64,000 nucleotides of DNA, from positions 1,952,001-2,016,000 of the forward strand of contig CAWGMQ010000008.1 of the NCBI GenBank assembly GCA_963823665.1, given 5' to 3'. Position numbers and translations under genes: made by a program. Every line of letters starts with the position of its first letter. Positions within the stretch are counted from its first letter, which is position 1. The stretch is from an uncultured Planctomycetota bacterium (GTDB lineage Bacteria > Planctomycetota > Planctomycetia > Isosphaerales > Isosphaeraceae). Of this stretch, positions 21,286-33,163 are shown piece by piece. A model generated the notes under the pieces. The model ran no database searches. It was not told where the DNA came from and saw only the letters and a program-made list of their open reading frames with translations.

Positions 21286-24200
21286 ATGGCAACAGTTAGC
21301 GAACGGGCGGGCGTCGTGGGGCCGTCGGAACTTCGGGAGATCGCGTGGGACAATGGAACCGAGAACGGACAGACCGCGGTGCCGGGGATGGTAATTCCGC
21401 GGGTCTTCAGCAAGGAGGGAACGAGCCCTTACGATGAGGTTGAATGGGAGCTGCGCACAGCGGAGATTAAGGACGAACGTGGACGGATCATCTTTCAGCA
21501 GACCGGGTGCGAAATCCCTCGGGCCTGGGGTCAGCTCGCGACGAACGTGGTGGTGAGCAAGTACTTTTACGGCGATCTGGGCAGCGGCAACGGCAGCCCG
21601 GCTACAGGAAATCGTGAGTATTCGGTTCGGCAGTTGATCGATCGAGTTACTCGGACCATCGCCGACTGGGGAAGAAGCGACGGTTATTTTGCCACGGCGA
21701 GTGACGCCAATCGATTCTACGATGAGTTGACGGCACTGTGTTTGAACCAGTATGGCTCGTTCAACTCGCCGGTTTGGTTCAACGTGGGCCTCTTCCATCG
21801 ATACGGGATTTCCGGGCCGGCTAACAATTGGCGATGGGACGAAGAGAGTCGGACAGTGAACAAGGCGACGAGCGCCTACCAGTATCCACAAGCGTCGGCC
21901 TGCTTCATCCAAAGTGTCAGCGATGATATGGAAGGAATCATGCGCTTGGCGACGAGCGAAGCGATGCTCTTCAAGTTCGGATCAGGAACAGGCACCGACC
22001 TCTCTAGCTTGCGTTCGAGTCGCGAAAAGCTCTCCGGTGGAGGCAAACCGTCCGGTCCAGTTAGCTTCATGCGGGTATACGATGCGGTCGCCAGTGTCGT
22101 CAAGTCGGGGGGTAAAACGCGTCGCGCTGCGAAAATGCAAACGCTCAAATGCTGGCACCCGGATATTTTGGACTTCATCGAGTGCAAGGCGAGAGAGGAG
22201 CAGAAGGCACTTTCTCTGATACATGCAGGGTACGAGGCTAACTTTAATGGCGAGGCATACAGTTCGGTTATGTTTCAGAACTCGAATTTGTCGGTCCGCT
22301 GCACAGACGCCTTTTTAAGCGCCGTTGTGGCCGATTGGGACTGGACGACGCGAGCGGTGACGACAGGCAGGCCGATGGAGACTTTCAAGGCACGGATGCT
22401 GATGAACAAGATCGCCGCGGGGACTTGGCTTTGCGGCGATCCTGGCGTGCAATACGAGGATACGATCCAGCGGTGGCATACGTGCCCGAACACAGCTCCG
22501 ATCAATTCGTCCAATCCGTGTTCCGAGTATATGTTTATCGATGATTCAGCGTGCAATCTCTCGTCTATCAATTTGATGAAGTTCCGGCGAGACGATGGGA
22601 GTTTCGACGCCGAGCGATTCCGAGCCGCAGTGACAATACTTATCACCGCACAGGAGATCTTGGTCGACCACGCGAGCTACCCGACTGATCGAATCGCAGC
22701 GAATAGCCACAGATTTCGGCCGCTCGGGCTCGGCTACGCCAATCTGGGAAGCCTTCTGATGGCCTCGGGGCTTCCATACGACTCAGACAGCGGCAGGGCG
22801 CTGGCGTCCGTTATCACTGCGATTATGCACGGGCAGGCGTATTTGACTAGCGCGGAACATGCAGCCCACCTCGGAGCTTTTGACGGCTACGCGATTAATG
22901 AAGAACCGATGTTGCATGTGATGGAGATGCATCGCGACGCAGCCACCGCAATAGACCGATCGGCGCCGGCAGAGTTGTTGGCCGAAGCACGATCTGTGTG
23001 GGCCGAGTGTGTGGAACTCGGCCGCAAACACGGCTACCGAAACAGCCAGGTGACCGTTTTAGCTCCGACCGGGACGATTGCTTTTATGATGGACTGTGAC
23101 ACAACCGGGATCGAGCCGGATATTGCCCTCGTTAAGTACAAGCAACTCGCCGGTGGAGGAATGTTGAAGATCGTCAATCGAACCGTCCCAATGGCCCTCC
23201 GCAAGCTAGGTTATGACGACGTCGCAGTCCGCGGGATTTTGGACTACATCGATTCGCACGATACGATCGAGGGATCTCCCGGTATGAGGGACGAGGACCT
23301 GCCTGTCTTTGATTGTGCGTTTGCCCCGCCTCAAGGTGGTCGAAGCATCCACTTCCGCGGACACCTGCGCATGATGGCCGCGGTTCAGCCGTTTCTATCA
23401 GGAGCGATCTCGAAGACGTGCAACGTGCCCCAAGAAGCGACCGCAGAAGAAATTCGTGACGCCTATCTTGAGGGCTGGAAGCTTGGGCTCAAGGCGCTTG
23501 CGATCTATCGTGACGGCTCGAAGGGAAGCCAGCCGCTGAACACGAAGGTCGAATCAAGCGACATGGCTCGCTCCCCTGGATCACAGTCGTCTTCCTCTTC
23601 CGATGCAATGGGTCCGAGGAACCGCTCGGCTGGGGGGTCCGGTGGGCCTTCCAGCCAGCCGCGTCGCGAGCGATTGCCACATACGCGGCGGAGTTTGACC
23701 CACAAGTTCGATATTCAGGGCCACGAAGGTTATATCAACGTCGGCTTCTATCCCGATGGACGGCCTGGCGAGCTCTTCATCACCATGGCAAAGGAGGGCT
23801 CAACGATTGGTGGCTTGATGGATGTTCTGGGCACGGCGATCTCGATCGGATTGCAATACGGAGTGCCGTTGGAGGTGTTTGTCAATAAATTTGCGCATAG
23901 CCGCTTTGAACCGGCGGGCTTCACGAAGAACCGGGACATTCCCATCGCCAAAAGTGTAGCCGACTATATCTTCCGATGGCTTGGCATGGAATTCATCCCC
24001 GGCTACCGTGAAGCCAACGCCCCGAAGCGTCCGGCCGCGGAGGCAGAGGAGGATGGTGTGTCGACTACTGCTGCGATTCTGAATGTCAACGGTTTGCGAG
24101 CCGCGACGATGGCCGACCTCGAACATGCTGAGGCCGTGATGGGAGCGGGGTCGAACGTTGTGATGGCTGAACCTCATTCCTATGTTTCAGAGGAACGCCC

Positions 24201-24345
24201 GCCTGAAGGACTCACCGAGCAGGACCGACAGTTTGCGCACTTCCAGTGTGATGCTCCGTCTTGCGATAACTGTGGCGCCTTAACGGTCCGTTGCGGCACT
24301 TGCTATCGTTGCTTTAACTGCGGGAACAGCATGGGCTGCTCATGA
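21286..24345 (+). CDS. nrdJ: Adenosylcobalamin-dependent (class II) ribonucleotide reductase with TSCPD and C-terminal Cys cluster
   Basis: FNSPVWFN, SACFI, NPCSEY, APTGTI, SGAISKT, GRPGELF, CDNCG..CFNCG. Confidence 0.96.
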   Translation: MATVSERAGVVGPSELREIAWDNGTENGQTAVPGMVIPRVFSKEGTSPYDEVEWELRTAEIKDERGRIIFQQTGCEIPRAWGQLATNVVVSKYFYGDLGSGNGSPATGNREYSVRQLIDRVTRTIADWGRSDGYFATASDANRFYDELTALCLNQYGSFNSPVWFNVGLFHRYGISGPANNWRWDEESRTVNKATSAYQYPQASACFIQSVSDDMEGIMRLATSEAMLFKFGSGTGTDLSSLRSSREKLSGGGKPSGPVSFMRVYDAVASVVKSGGKTRRAAKMQTLKCWHPDILDFIECKAREEQKALSLIHAGYEANFNGEAYSSVMFQNSNLSVRCTDAFLSAVVADWDWTTRAVTTGRPMETFKARMLMNKIAAGTWLCGDPGVQYEDTIQRWHTCPNTAPINSSNPCSEYMFIDDSACNLSSINLMKFRRDDGSFDAERFRAAVTILITAQEILVDHASYPTDRIAANSHRFRPLGLGYANLGSLLMASGLPYDSDSGRALASVITAIMHGQAYLTSAEHAAHLGAFDGYAINEEPMLHVMEMHRDAATAIDRSAPAELLAEARSVWAECVELGRKHGYRNSQVTVLAPTGTIAFMMDCDTTGIEPDIALVKYKQLAGGGMLKIVNRTVPMALRKLGYDDVAVRGILDYIDSHDTIEGSPGMRDEDLPVFDCAFAPPQGGRSIHFRGHLRMMAAVQPFLSGAISKTCNVPQEATAEEIRDAYLEGWKLGLKALAIYRDGSKGSQPLNTKVESSDMARSPGSQSSSSSDAMGPRNRSAGGSGGPSSQPRRERLPHTRRSLTHKFDIQGHEGYINVGFYPDGRPGELFITMAKEGSTIGGLMDVLGTAISIGLQYGVPLEVFVNKFAHSRFEPAGFTKNRDIPIAKSVADYIFRWLGMEFIPGYREANAPKRPAAEAEEDGVSTTAAILNVNGLRAATMADLEHAEAVMGAGSNVVMAEPHSYVSEERPPEGLTEQDRQFAHFQCDAPSCDNCGALTVRCGTCYRCFNCGNSMGCS

Positions 24346-24401
24346 GGATTTGCACGAACGCGTCGTCACAGCTTGGCGCTGGCGAGTTTTGTGGGGTTGA
24401 C

Positions 24402-27400
24402 TAGTGCCCCGTCGAATCTAAATCTTGGGGTTGCCAAGAGCGTCGGTTTTGGAGAACTTCCGCAGTTACAAGGAGGTTCCCATGAACAAAAAGTATATTG
24501 TTCGGCTCACGGACGAGGAACGCGCAATCTGCGAAGTGACGGTCAAGAACGAGAAAGGTAAGTCGGAGAAACTGCGGAGAGCGGTGATCTTGCTCAAGGC
24601 GGACATGGACGGTCCGGGTTGGAATGACGAGAAGATCAGCGAGGCCGTGGGCTGTCGAATTCGGACCGTGGAGAACGTGCGTCGGGAGTTCGTTCTGGAA
24701 GGCTTCGAGGCCGCCCTGGTGCGCAAGAAACGGACGACGTCTCCCACTCCCAAGTTGCTGGACGGAGCCGCCGAGGCGAAACTGATCGCCCTGCGGTTGG
24801 GGAAGCCGCCAGTCGGCTATGGCCATTGGACGCTACGATTGCTCGCCGACCAACTGGTGGAACTGGAGATCGTGGAATCCATCAGTCCCGAAACGGTCCG
24901 GCAGACACTCAAAAAAACGGCGTGGTTCAAAAAGGGCCTTTTTCGGGTATCAGTACGAACCTTCGACGGGCCTTGACGGGCAAGGTTCTCGGTGGCTCGC
25001 CAGGGGACGACTACGTCATCCGCGGGCAAAGAGCGTGTAGCCGAGCATCTCTAGCCAGTGCGGGTGAGGCTGGCCAGTTAATAGCTCGGCGGGTGTCTTC
25101 CCCACACGCGCAGGGCGATGGCTGCGCTCCAACCGTCGATGGTTTAGGTAGAACTGCAGTAGGGCCAAGTAGTCCGAGCCCAAGTGTCAGCGGAGGAAAA
25201 AGTAGCTTCGGAGGCGACTATTGAGGTTCTCCACCAACGAACTAGCCCTGACCGTCTCTTCCGCCAGCGCGTTTACTGCAATCTGAACCACATGGAACCG
25301 GCCCTGCAGCTTTTCTCGCGCAACTGCTTCCTCAGCCCAGCGCCGTGGATCGCGCTCGTCGCGCGACAGCGTCTTGAGCAGGCGTCGTCCTAGTTCCGTG
25401 GGAATCTGCAACTCCTGCCCTAATTGCTCCAGATTCTCATCGAGCCGGCGTGCGAAGGCGAGTAGGTCATCGCGTTGATTTTGCAAAACGCGGCAGATGG
25501 GCTCCAGCCGATGGGGGCATTTCGAGGCGCGAGCCTTCAGCTCGGCCACCACAAAGTCGTACAGTTCGCAACGGTCGGTGTAAGACGGGCCGGCGACCGC
25601 GAAAATGTCGTGACGAAGCCAGCCGACCAACAATGTGACGTCCTCGGCCAGTGCCACCGCTTCATCACTGGCACTGCGGGCTCGACGCAGACGCTGCGCC
25701 GGGCCGGCCGTGCGCTGACTTGCCGCGCCGGCGCTTAGTCGGTCGCCGCAGACGCTCGCGCTTTCGATCGCATTGTTCGGTGGTCTCGAAAGTGTCGTAC
25801 GCGCGGTTCTCCAGGAAGCTGGCCACGACATTCAGGTCGCGGACCATATGGAAAATATCACCTCGGCAGGGGACATTCGGGAGAGCCAGAGCTTGGCCGG
25901 CGCGGAGCCTGCTACCCGCGTCGGCCACGGTTGCTTCGGGATTGAAGCCCTGATCGACTAATTCGAGCAGGCGGACGCCCCAGGTGTCGGCATCGCGATG
26001 TTCTTCCGGGCTAAGCAAGTAGCAATAGGTGGACGCGGGGTCGATGCCCACGAGCACTGGGTCGCCAGCCTGGAAGATCTCATCGTGGGCACCGATGCGC
26101 ACGCCGCCAAGATGGTAACCGCGGCTGATCGCTCGAGCCGCCTCAACTGCGCTGCGCACGATATTGTGCACCGTGCCCAGTGAGTTATGCCAGTTAAAGA
26201 GGTCGCGAAAGAGCTCGACGACAGCCCGATATGGGGCATGGCCAACCAACACCAGTGCAAGGACCAATTGACGCAACCACGCCTTGGTGACGGGGAGGTA
26301 AAAGAGAACATCCTCGTCCTTCGGTTCAGGTTTGAAGGCATGGGTCAGCGCCGCGCGGGCAGTGTCGGCCTGCTGATAGAGGAAATTGCGGCTAACCTCA
26401 TGCTGTTGGGCCAACTCCGCGACCGGTTGAGCCCCGGCGAGCACTTGTACAGCCAGCTCCTGCCGTTCCTGGGGCAGCAAACCTCTGGGCGGGCCAGAAA
26501 GGCGGGCTGGGCAGTTCCGCAGCCGGGCCGACATCGGATTGCGGGAATGAGCACGAGAACGTAGCTTGGGCGTCCATGCCTGTTTCCTTTGTGATGGTGT
26601 GGGTTTGATACTCCCGACGCCAACATGGAGGAAACAGGCATTTTAGAAAACCCCACCTTACTCAGCCTTGTGTTACCTCACTCTGAACCAGGCCAAAAAG
26701 TGGCATGACCAAGCGAAAGATCGAGTATTGGGTGATCCCTCCCGATGCAAACGGCGAGTTCGTCGCGCACATGGAGGAGGTGCTGGAGACCTACGAAAAA
26801 GCCCACGATCCCGACTGCCCGGTGGTATGCATGGACGAGCAGCCCGTGCAACTGATTGGCGAGACGCGCGTGCCGATTCCCGCGACCAAAGAGCACCCCA
26901 AGCGCGTCGACTACGAATACGAACGCAAGGGGACGGCAAGCATCTTCATGTTCGCCGAACCGCTGTCAGGCTTCCGGCAAGCGACGGCGCGACCGCACCG
27001 CACCAAAGACGATTGGGCTCACGAAGTCGCCCAATTACTCGACACTCGGTACGCGAATACGCCGCGAATCACGCTGGTCTGCGACAACCTGAACACGTAT
27101 ACGAAAGGGGCGTTCTACGAAGCGTTCCCTCCCGAGAAAGCCCGCGAGTACGTGCGACGGATCAACTTCGTCTACACCCCCAAGCACGGCAGTTGGCTCA
27201 ACGTGGCGGAATGCGAACTGAGTTGCATGGCCAGCCAATGCCTGTCCGACCGCCGTATCGGCGACATCGTGACGCTGCAATCGGAAATAGCCGCCTGGGC
27301 CGCTCGAACAAACATCAAGCAACGGGCCGTCGACTGGCAATTTACTATCGAGAAGGCACGCATCAAACTGAAGCGGCTTTACCCGAAAATTTAGATTGGA

Positions 27401-27410
27401 CGAGGCACTA
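24402..27410 (+). mobile_element. IS630-family element interrupted by a nested element
   Basis: TIRs TAGTGCCCCGTCGAATCTAAAT / ATTTAGATTGGACGAGGCACTA with TA ends; orfA HTH 24482-~24920 ends at an A7 slip site; orfB 26705..27394 (CMDE, VCDNL, WLNVAE). Confidence 0.92.
24923..26690 (-). mobile_element. Unclassified IS with degenerate DDE transposase (25016-26577) carrying a C/D-xx-H motif
   Basis: Ends TGGTTCA/TGAACCA; motifs HDEIF, VADAG, GDIFH, SSLVENLNS; premature TGA at 25187 and frameshifts. Confidence 0.72.
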
Positions 27411-27443
27411 GGCTGGTGGGAATAAGAAGGTTTCTATCGAGGG

Positions 27444-27670
27444 TTATACATCGTCCGACTCACAGATTACGAGCGAGACGAGCTTCTCGACGACGTCAAG
27501 AAACTGAAGAAAAGCAGTGAAGATAATAGTGCGTCTGGCTCTGATCTTGGCCGAGGCAGACGTCGACGGAGCCGAACTGGCTGGATCGGCAATTAGCCGA
27601 TGCTGTTTCTTTTAGCTTGCGGACGGTGAAAACGCGCGACGGCGTTTTGTTGAGCACGGCTTCGAAAAGA
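27444..27670 (+). pseudogene. Decayed second IS630 orfA fragment
   Basis: Piecewise translation YIVRLTDYERDEL..ALILAEADVDG..RRRFVEHGFE, similar to orfA at 24482. Confidence 0.6.
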
Positions 27671-27728
27671 TGCCGAACAGAGCCAAGCGTGCAACCGTTG
27701 ACCGGGAGTTTCTCGGCGGAGACCAAAC

Positions 27729-30669
27729 TGAAATGGTTCTGCGTGAAACGGAGTTTCTCGGCACCGGAGAAGCACCAGGAGCGAAGGATTGCCGCGCTTC
27801 AGGACAAGCTTCAGCGCAAGAACGAGGTCGTGGCCGAGTTGTTGGAGGAGCACGTGAAGCTAAAAAAAGTACTTGGGAAACTCTGACTGGAGCCTGGCTT
27901 CCCCATGACATTCGCGACCAGGTCGTCGACTACGTTCGCTATTGGTCAGACCGGACGGAGACCCCGACCAAGCAGCTCGTCCAATGGATCGGCCTCAGCC
28001 AGAGCAAGTTCTATGACTGGCGGAAGCGCTACGGCAAAGCGAACGAGCATAACGGCTGGATTCCCCGCGATTGGTGGCTCGAAGACTGGGAAAAGCAGGC
28101 CATCGCTGAGTTTCACGACCAAAACCCGCTTGAGGGTTACCGGCGTCTCACCTTCATGATGCTCGATGCCGATGTGGTGGCAGCTAGCCCCTCGAGCGCC
28201 TACCGAGTACTCAGCGACGCTGGACTGATGAAGCGGCATAACACCAAAGCGTCCCTCAAAGGAACCGGCTTTCAGCAACCACTCGGTCCGCACGAGCACT
28301 GGCACGTCAACATTGCCTACATCAATGTTCGGGGGACTTTCTTCTTTCGCCTCCTCAGCAGAATCTGTGGGTAAATTCTGGCTCAGGCAGGGCGCCAAGG
28401 CTGTGATACAAGGCGTTTTTCACTGCATCGAACGTCCGAAAACCGTACGCCTTTCTCGTCGTCAATTTCACCTTGTTGTTCAGGCCCTCTGCAATGCCTG
28501 CGGAAATCGTCCCACGGGCCTTGAACCAATTCAGGATCAATTCTTCATGGCTGCGAAGCCTTCGAGCCACTTTCTTCATTGGCTCGATCTTTGATCGCAT
28601 CGTCCTGGTGCACCACTCGTGCAGAAATCGACTCGCCCAGCCGTGATATTGGTAAGTCCAGAAACGCTGAAAATCCTCCCGCAAAAGATAGCTTCTCACG
28701 GACTTTAGGTTGTACTGCACCAGTTCGGCCAATCTCACGGTCTGCTTCTTTGTTAGGTTCTCCGGCCGCTTCAGCAGGCACCATCGCGCCCGTTTCAGGA
28801 CTGGCTCGTAGCCATCTCGCTTCAGCCGGCGCGCTTCCTCGGCACGTACTTCGTCGATCGCCTTATTCATCGCTTGCATGATGTGAAAGCGGTCGAGCAC
28901 GTGGATCGCGCCAGAAACCTCTTGGGCCAGCACGTTGAGGTACGGTTTCCACATATCGCTGCATAGATAGCGGATCGAGTTCTTGGTCTCGTCGGTTATG
29001 GTTTGGAAAAAGCCACGCAGGCTTTCCTCCGTCCGGTCCAACCCAATCCAGAGCAACCGCCTGAACCCAGCGTCAATCTGGTAAACCAGCGTCAGGTAAT
29101 GATGGCCCCTTTGCCACTGCACTTCGTCTACAGCGATGGCCTTGATTCCGGTCATCGTCCGTCTCGCCAAGCCCCATGCGACTGCATACTCGACCGAGCG
29201 GTACACAGTTTCCCAGGTAGTATGGAATATCAAGGCGACTTCCAGCCACGAGAGCCGCTTGGCCCAACCGGCTAGAAACCATCGGTAGGCCGTAGTCACC
29301 GGGCTCTTGCCGTCACTCCACGGGACCTCTTCGACGATCACACCGCACTTCGGGCAGTCAACGCGCCTCATTGCGTAGACAAAGAACACAGCGATCTGCC
29401 AGAGCGGCACGAACTCGAACCTTCGTACAGGTAGTTGATCATACCCGGCTCGCTTACGGTGGCACCCGGAGCAAACAGCTCGGCTGTTGCGGCGGGCTTC
29501 AATTTCTACCTCCAAGGCAAGTTGCTTTCCTTTCGAGACCAAACTTACCTTGCCGTACACGAAGGACTTTTGCGGTGCAATGCGATTGAGGATAGTCTTG
29601 AGGAGCATCGTGTGGGGCCTCTCGATTGGGATGGTCTTGGTAACCCTTCCCTAACCGACGGCCGCGCACGATGCACTACCCTACCTTCTTCAAAAAAACC
29701 TTTCTCAAGAACGAGTCCGCGAAGAGCTATTTAAAACTGAACCATCAAATGTGAACTTCGCCTACCCCTCCCGCCTTCACCTTCGCTTCGCCCTCAACCT
29801 AGCAGGGCGGACCGAATGTGAAGGTGGGAGGGAGAACCCTCCTGTCGAGCCCGAGCCGAGCTGCTGCATCGTTTTTCAACCCACAAATTCTGCCGAAGAC
29901 CCCTTCTTTCTTTGCAGCTTGCTCGATGGTTACAGCCGATCGATCGTGCACTGGGAAATCCGCCCGAAAATGGAAGAAAGCGCCGTCGAGACGATCTTCC
30001 AGAGAGCACGTGAGTGCTATCCGGGTGTCTCTCCCCGGATCATCAGTGACAATGGTCCACAGTTCATTGCTCGAGAATTCAATGATATAAGTTACATATG
30101 TTGTATTATACATGTTCCAACTTCGCCTTACTATCTCCAAAGCAATGGCAAGATCGAGCGATGGCATCGTTCGATCAAATCGGAGTGCATCCGTCCTCGC
30201 ACACCACTTTCAGTGGACGATGCCGTTCGCCTAATTGACGGCTATTTCCGGCACTACAATGAGGCGCGGCTCCACCGTGCGATCGACTATGTAACTCCGG
30301 TGGACAAGATGTGCGGTCGCGACAAGCAGATCTTCGCTGACCGAGATCGTAAGCTCGACGAAGCAAGGAGCCGCCGGCAGGCGGTTTGTGTCCAGCAGCG
30401 TCAAGCTGGTTGACGTGATTTGGGAGCAGTTGTTAATGCCAGCGCGTGGACTTACGATGGCCAGTGGCCCGGGGCGGAGGATAGGGCTCCGTGGCGACAT
30501 GACCTGAGCGCCGTCCCAGGGACCAAGACCGAGGAAGGGCGGCAGGAAGCCGCCCCGCATTCCACCTACGGGATTGGTACCAAAGCGCTAAATCGCTCTT
30601 GCTCGCTTTTTTCTCAACCACTACCTAACGCCGCAAACCGGAAACTCCATTTCACGCTGAACCATTACA
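27729..30669 (+). mobile_element. IS3-family element (orfA mostly deleted, orfB split by ISL3)
   Basis: ~29-bp TIRs TG(A/T)AATGGTTC(T/A)GCGTGAAA; A7G slip site near 27862; orfB GYRRLT..HEHWH / ISDNGPQF..SNGKIER. Confidence 0.88.
28349..29902 (-). mobile_element. ISL3-family element, transposase 28355..29608 apparently intact
   Basis: 8-bp target duplication CTTCTTTC (28341-28348, 29903-29910); imperfect TIRs; CSGC/CPKC finger, VDE, SDMW, DRFH, EGLNNKVK..AYGFR. Confidence 0.95.
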
Positions 30670-32748
30670 TGGTTTGGAGAGCTGCGGCACGAGGGTAAAG
30701 TCGTACGTGTCGAAGTCCCGCAAGAGCGGGAACTTTGCATTCCTGATCCGTGTCGCGATCGCATCGGCAGCCCGCGTCGCCAGCTCGGTCTCAGTCAGAC
30801 CGAGCAGGAACTGGAAGAAGCTCTGATTGTTCGCGGTCGCATCCCGTGCCAGCCTCTCGAACTCACGGCCCATCGTCGGCAGCCGCAACTGCCGGAAATG
30901 CGCCTGGAGCAAGTCGATCACTGCATCCGCCATCGGCATGGTCTATCCCAAGGAAATGTCGAAGAACGGTTCGAACTCGCCAATCGAGTCCGAGACGCAT
31001 CGGGAACACTCCGTCAGGTGAAAAACATGGTGACCCGTCTCTCAGCAGAAGCCTCGGCGGCCACGACAACTCCTGGGTCATCGGGTTTTCCGTAGTACGC
31101 CGAACCATCGAGGAGTTGATTGAAACAGCTCAATTCAGGGAGTGGCACTTGAATTTGTGGTGCCGTAGTCAGCTCAGTCGTCCACGGTGGCGAACGACGC
31201 GGCTGTGCTTCATGAACTGCCTGAGTGAGCGTTTGCTGAATCACAGATTCGGCGCTGATCAGTTGGCGCATCCGCAAGTCTCAATCGCCTGACGTATGCG
31301 GGTAATAGGGTGGTCGACCAGAAGCTGCAGCACTCGCACGTAGCGTCGTGCGCCAGCTATGGCGCCATGATTATTCCTCAAGCTCCGCGCGGTACGCGGC
31401 GAAGCATCCTGGGAGCTTCCATTCCCGGTACACCGGAGCATCCTCAAGGGCCCCCGGTTTGCGGTCCAGAGTCGCAAGATAGTGCAATGGGTCATGGACC
31501 ATTGTGTGCGGCTGTAAACAGCGCGTGTGCGTGGCGATGACTTGACCGCCGGACACAAACACGACGCGGTCCACATAGCCCTTGATGGTCACCATCTGGA
31601 AGGCGGAGCGTCTGGGAACGCCGTAACGATTACGCTCGAACGCGATGGTTTGATATTTATCCAGAGGGGCGGCGGGGAGGATCACACACGGATCGAACCG
31701 GTGTTTCGGAAGCGGGGCCACCGAGGCTTCTTCCTCAGAGAAGCGAGCGCCGATCACAAACAGACCAAACATCGACCGAACAGTCCGCTCCCGTTCGGCC
31801 TCACAGCGCTGATGAAAGTACCGGTTCAATTCGTCGAGGTCGTTTACGCGCGGGACCGGAGTCGAGAACCGACGTTGCACAGCCCGTACGGTGCGCTCGG
31901 CGTCGGGCTTCTCATTACCCCAAGCGGGCATGCAGAAGAGAGGCTTGAAAGCGTAGCGGCTGGCCAGCGCCGCATATCGAGGATGAAGCTTGCGTTCGCG
32001 ACCGAGAAGAATCGTGGTGCCGCCGGTCTTCGGGTTGTCCAACCAAACCTCCTCGGGAATACAGCCAAAAAACTCGAAGGCTCTGACCATGCCTTCGAGG
32101 ATCGCCTCAGTTCGCTCAAAGGGAACTGCCAGAACAAACGGGTAATTGGAATAAGCCTAGGTGGTCATCAGGAATGGAACGAGCTTACGTCAGTCAGGAA
32201 AATCAACGTGAATATGGCCGAAATCGGCTTCAAGCCGCTGGCCTGGAGGATGTCCCAGCGGAATGAAGGATTCTTTCTCTCGCCGGCGATTCTTGAACAG
32301 GTAGCATTGCACCTGGGCGTGGCCGCCGCAGTAGCCGTGCTCGTCGCGGTGGCGACAGCGCACTTGAGCGGCGCATGCCGCTGATTTGGCGGCGCGGACT
32401 CGTCGTCTCGAAGGATCTGGTCAACGATCGCAAAGAAAGGTCCCAGGACAGGTACGATTCGGTTCCTCACCTGGGGAATCGGATTGCGCTCGGGGTTCGC
32501 CAGTACCTTGCGGATCGTGTTGCGCGAGTGTTCAAACTCACGAGCGATCTGTTTGATAGAGACCCCATTGCGATGGGCTCTGCGGATGTCACCATAATCG
32601 TCCACCGTAAGCTTTCATTTACCTCCATGCATGGCGAGCGTTCCTTGATGAAACGTTCACTGTACAGGAGGCGCTTATGGGGGTCGTTCTTAGACGATCA
32701 AATTGCCCGGAAAGGGGTCACTTTTTAGAAGATCACTGCCAGGCGACA
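30670..32748 (-). mobile_element. Degenerate IS21-family element (istA frameshifted, istB truncated by IS3)
   Basis: istA HTH start, DNPK, GNEK; istB QLRLPTM..AKFP..DFD; TG terminus at 32748 with two subterminal repeats. Confidence 0.85.
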
Positions 32749-33163
32749 GGAAACTCAGAGTAGTCGTCCCCGGTTCATTGCTCTTGGGAATTCACAGACG
32801 CGCGCGTACGATGTTTGGTCAAGAGGGTGATTCTGACATAATGGAGGTGATTCGCCTTCGACTTCATCGCGTCGCGAGAGGTGGCAACGTCATCGAGCCC
32901 GGCGGTGCTCCGGTAATAATTAATAGCTCCGACCCAGATTCGACAATGAACAAAGCCGGAGCCAGAACCTCGTACGGGACCCGAATCCGCAAACACGCTG
33001 CCCACCACATCGACTGACGGTGTGGAACGAGAAGAGCGGGCGATCACACCAAGCGAGGACTGTCCCGTGTCACACTGACAGTTTCGTCGCAGAAAACTCT
33101 TGTTCTAATCTACGGATCGGGGTTCAGTGACGCACACGCGTTATCTACGTTGAGTCCAGAATC

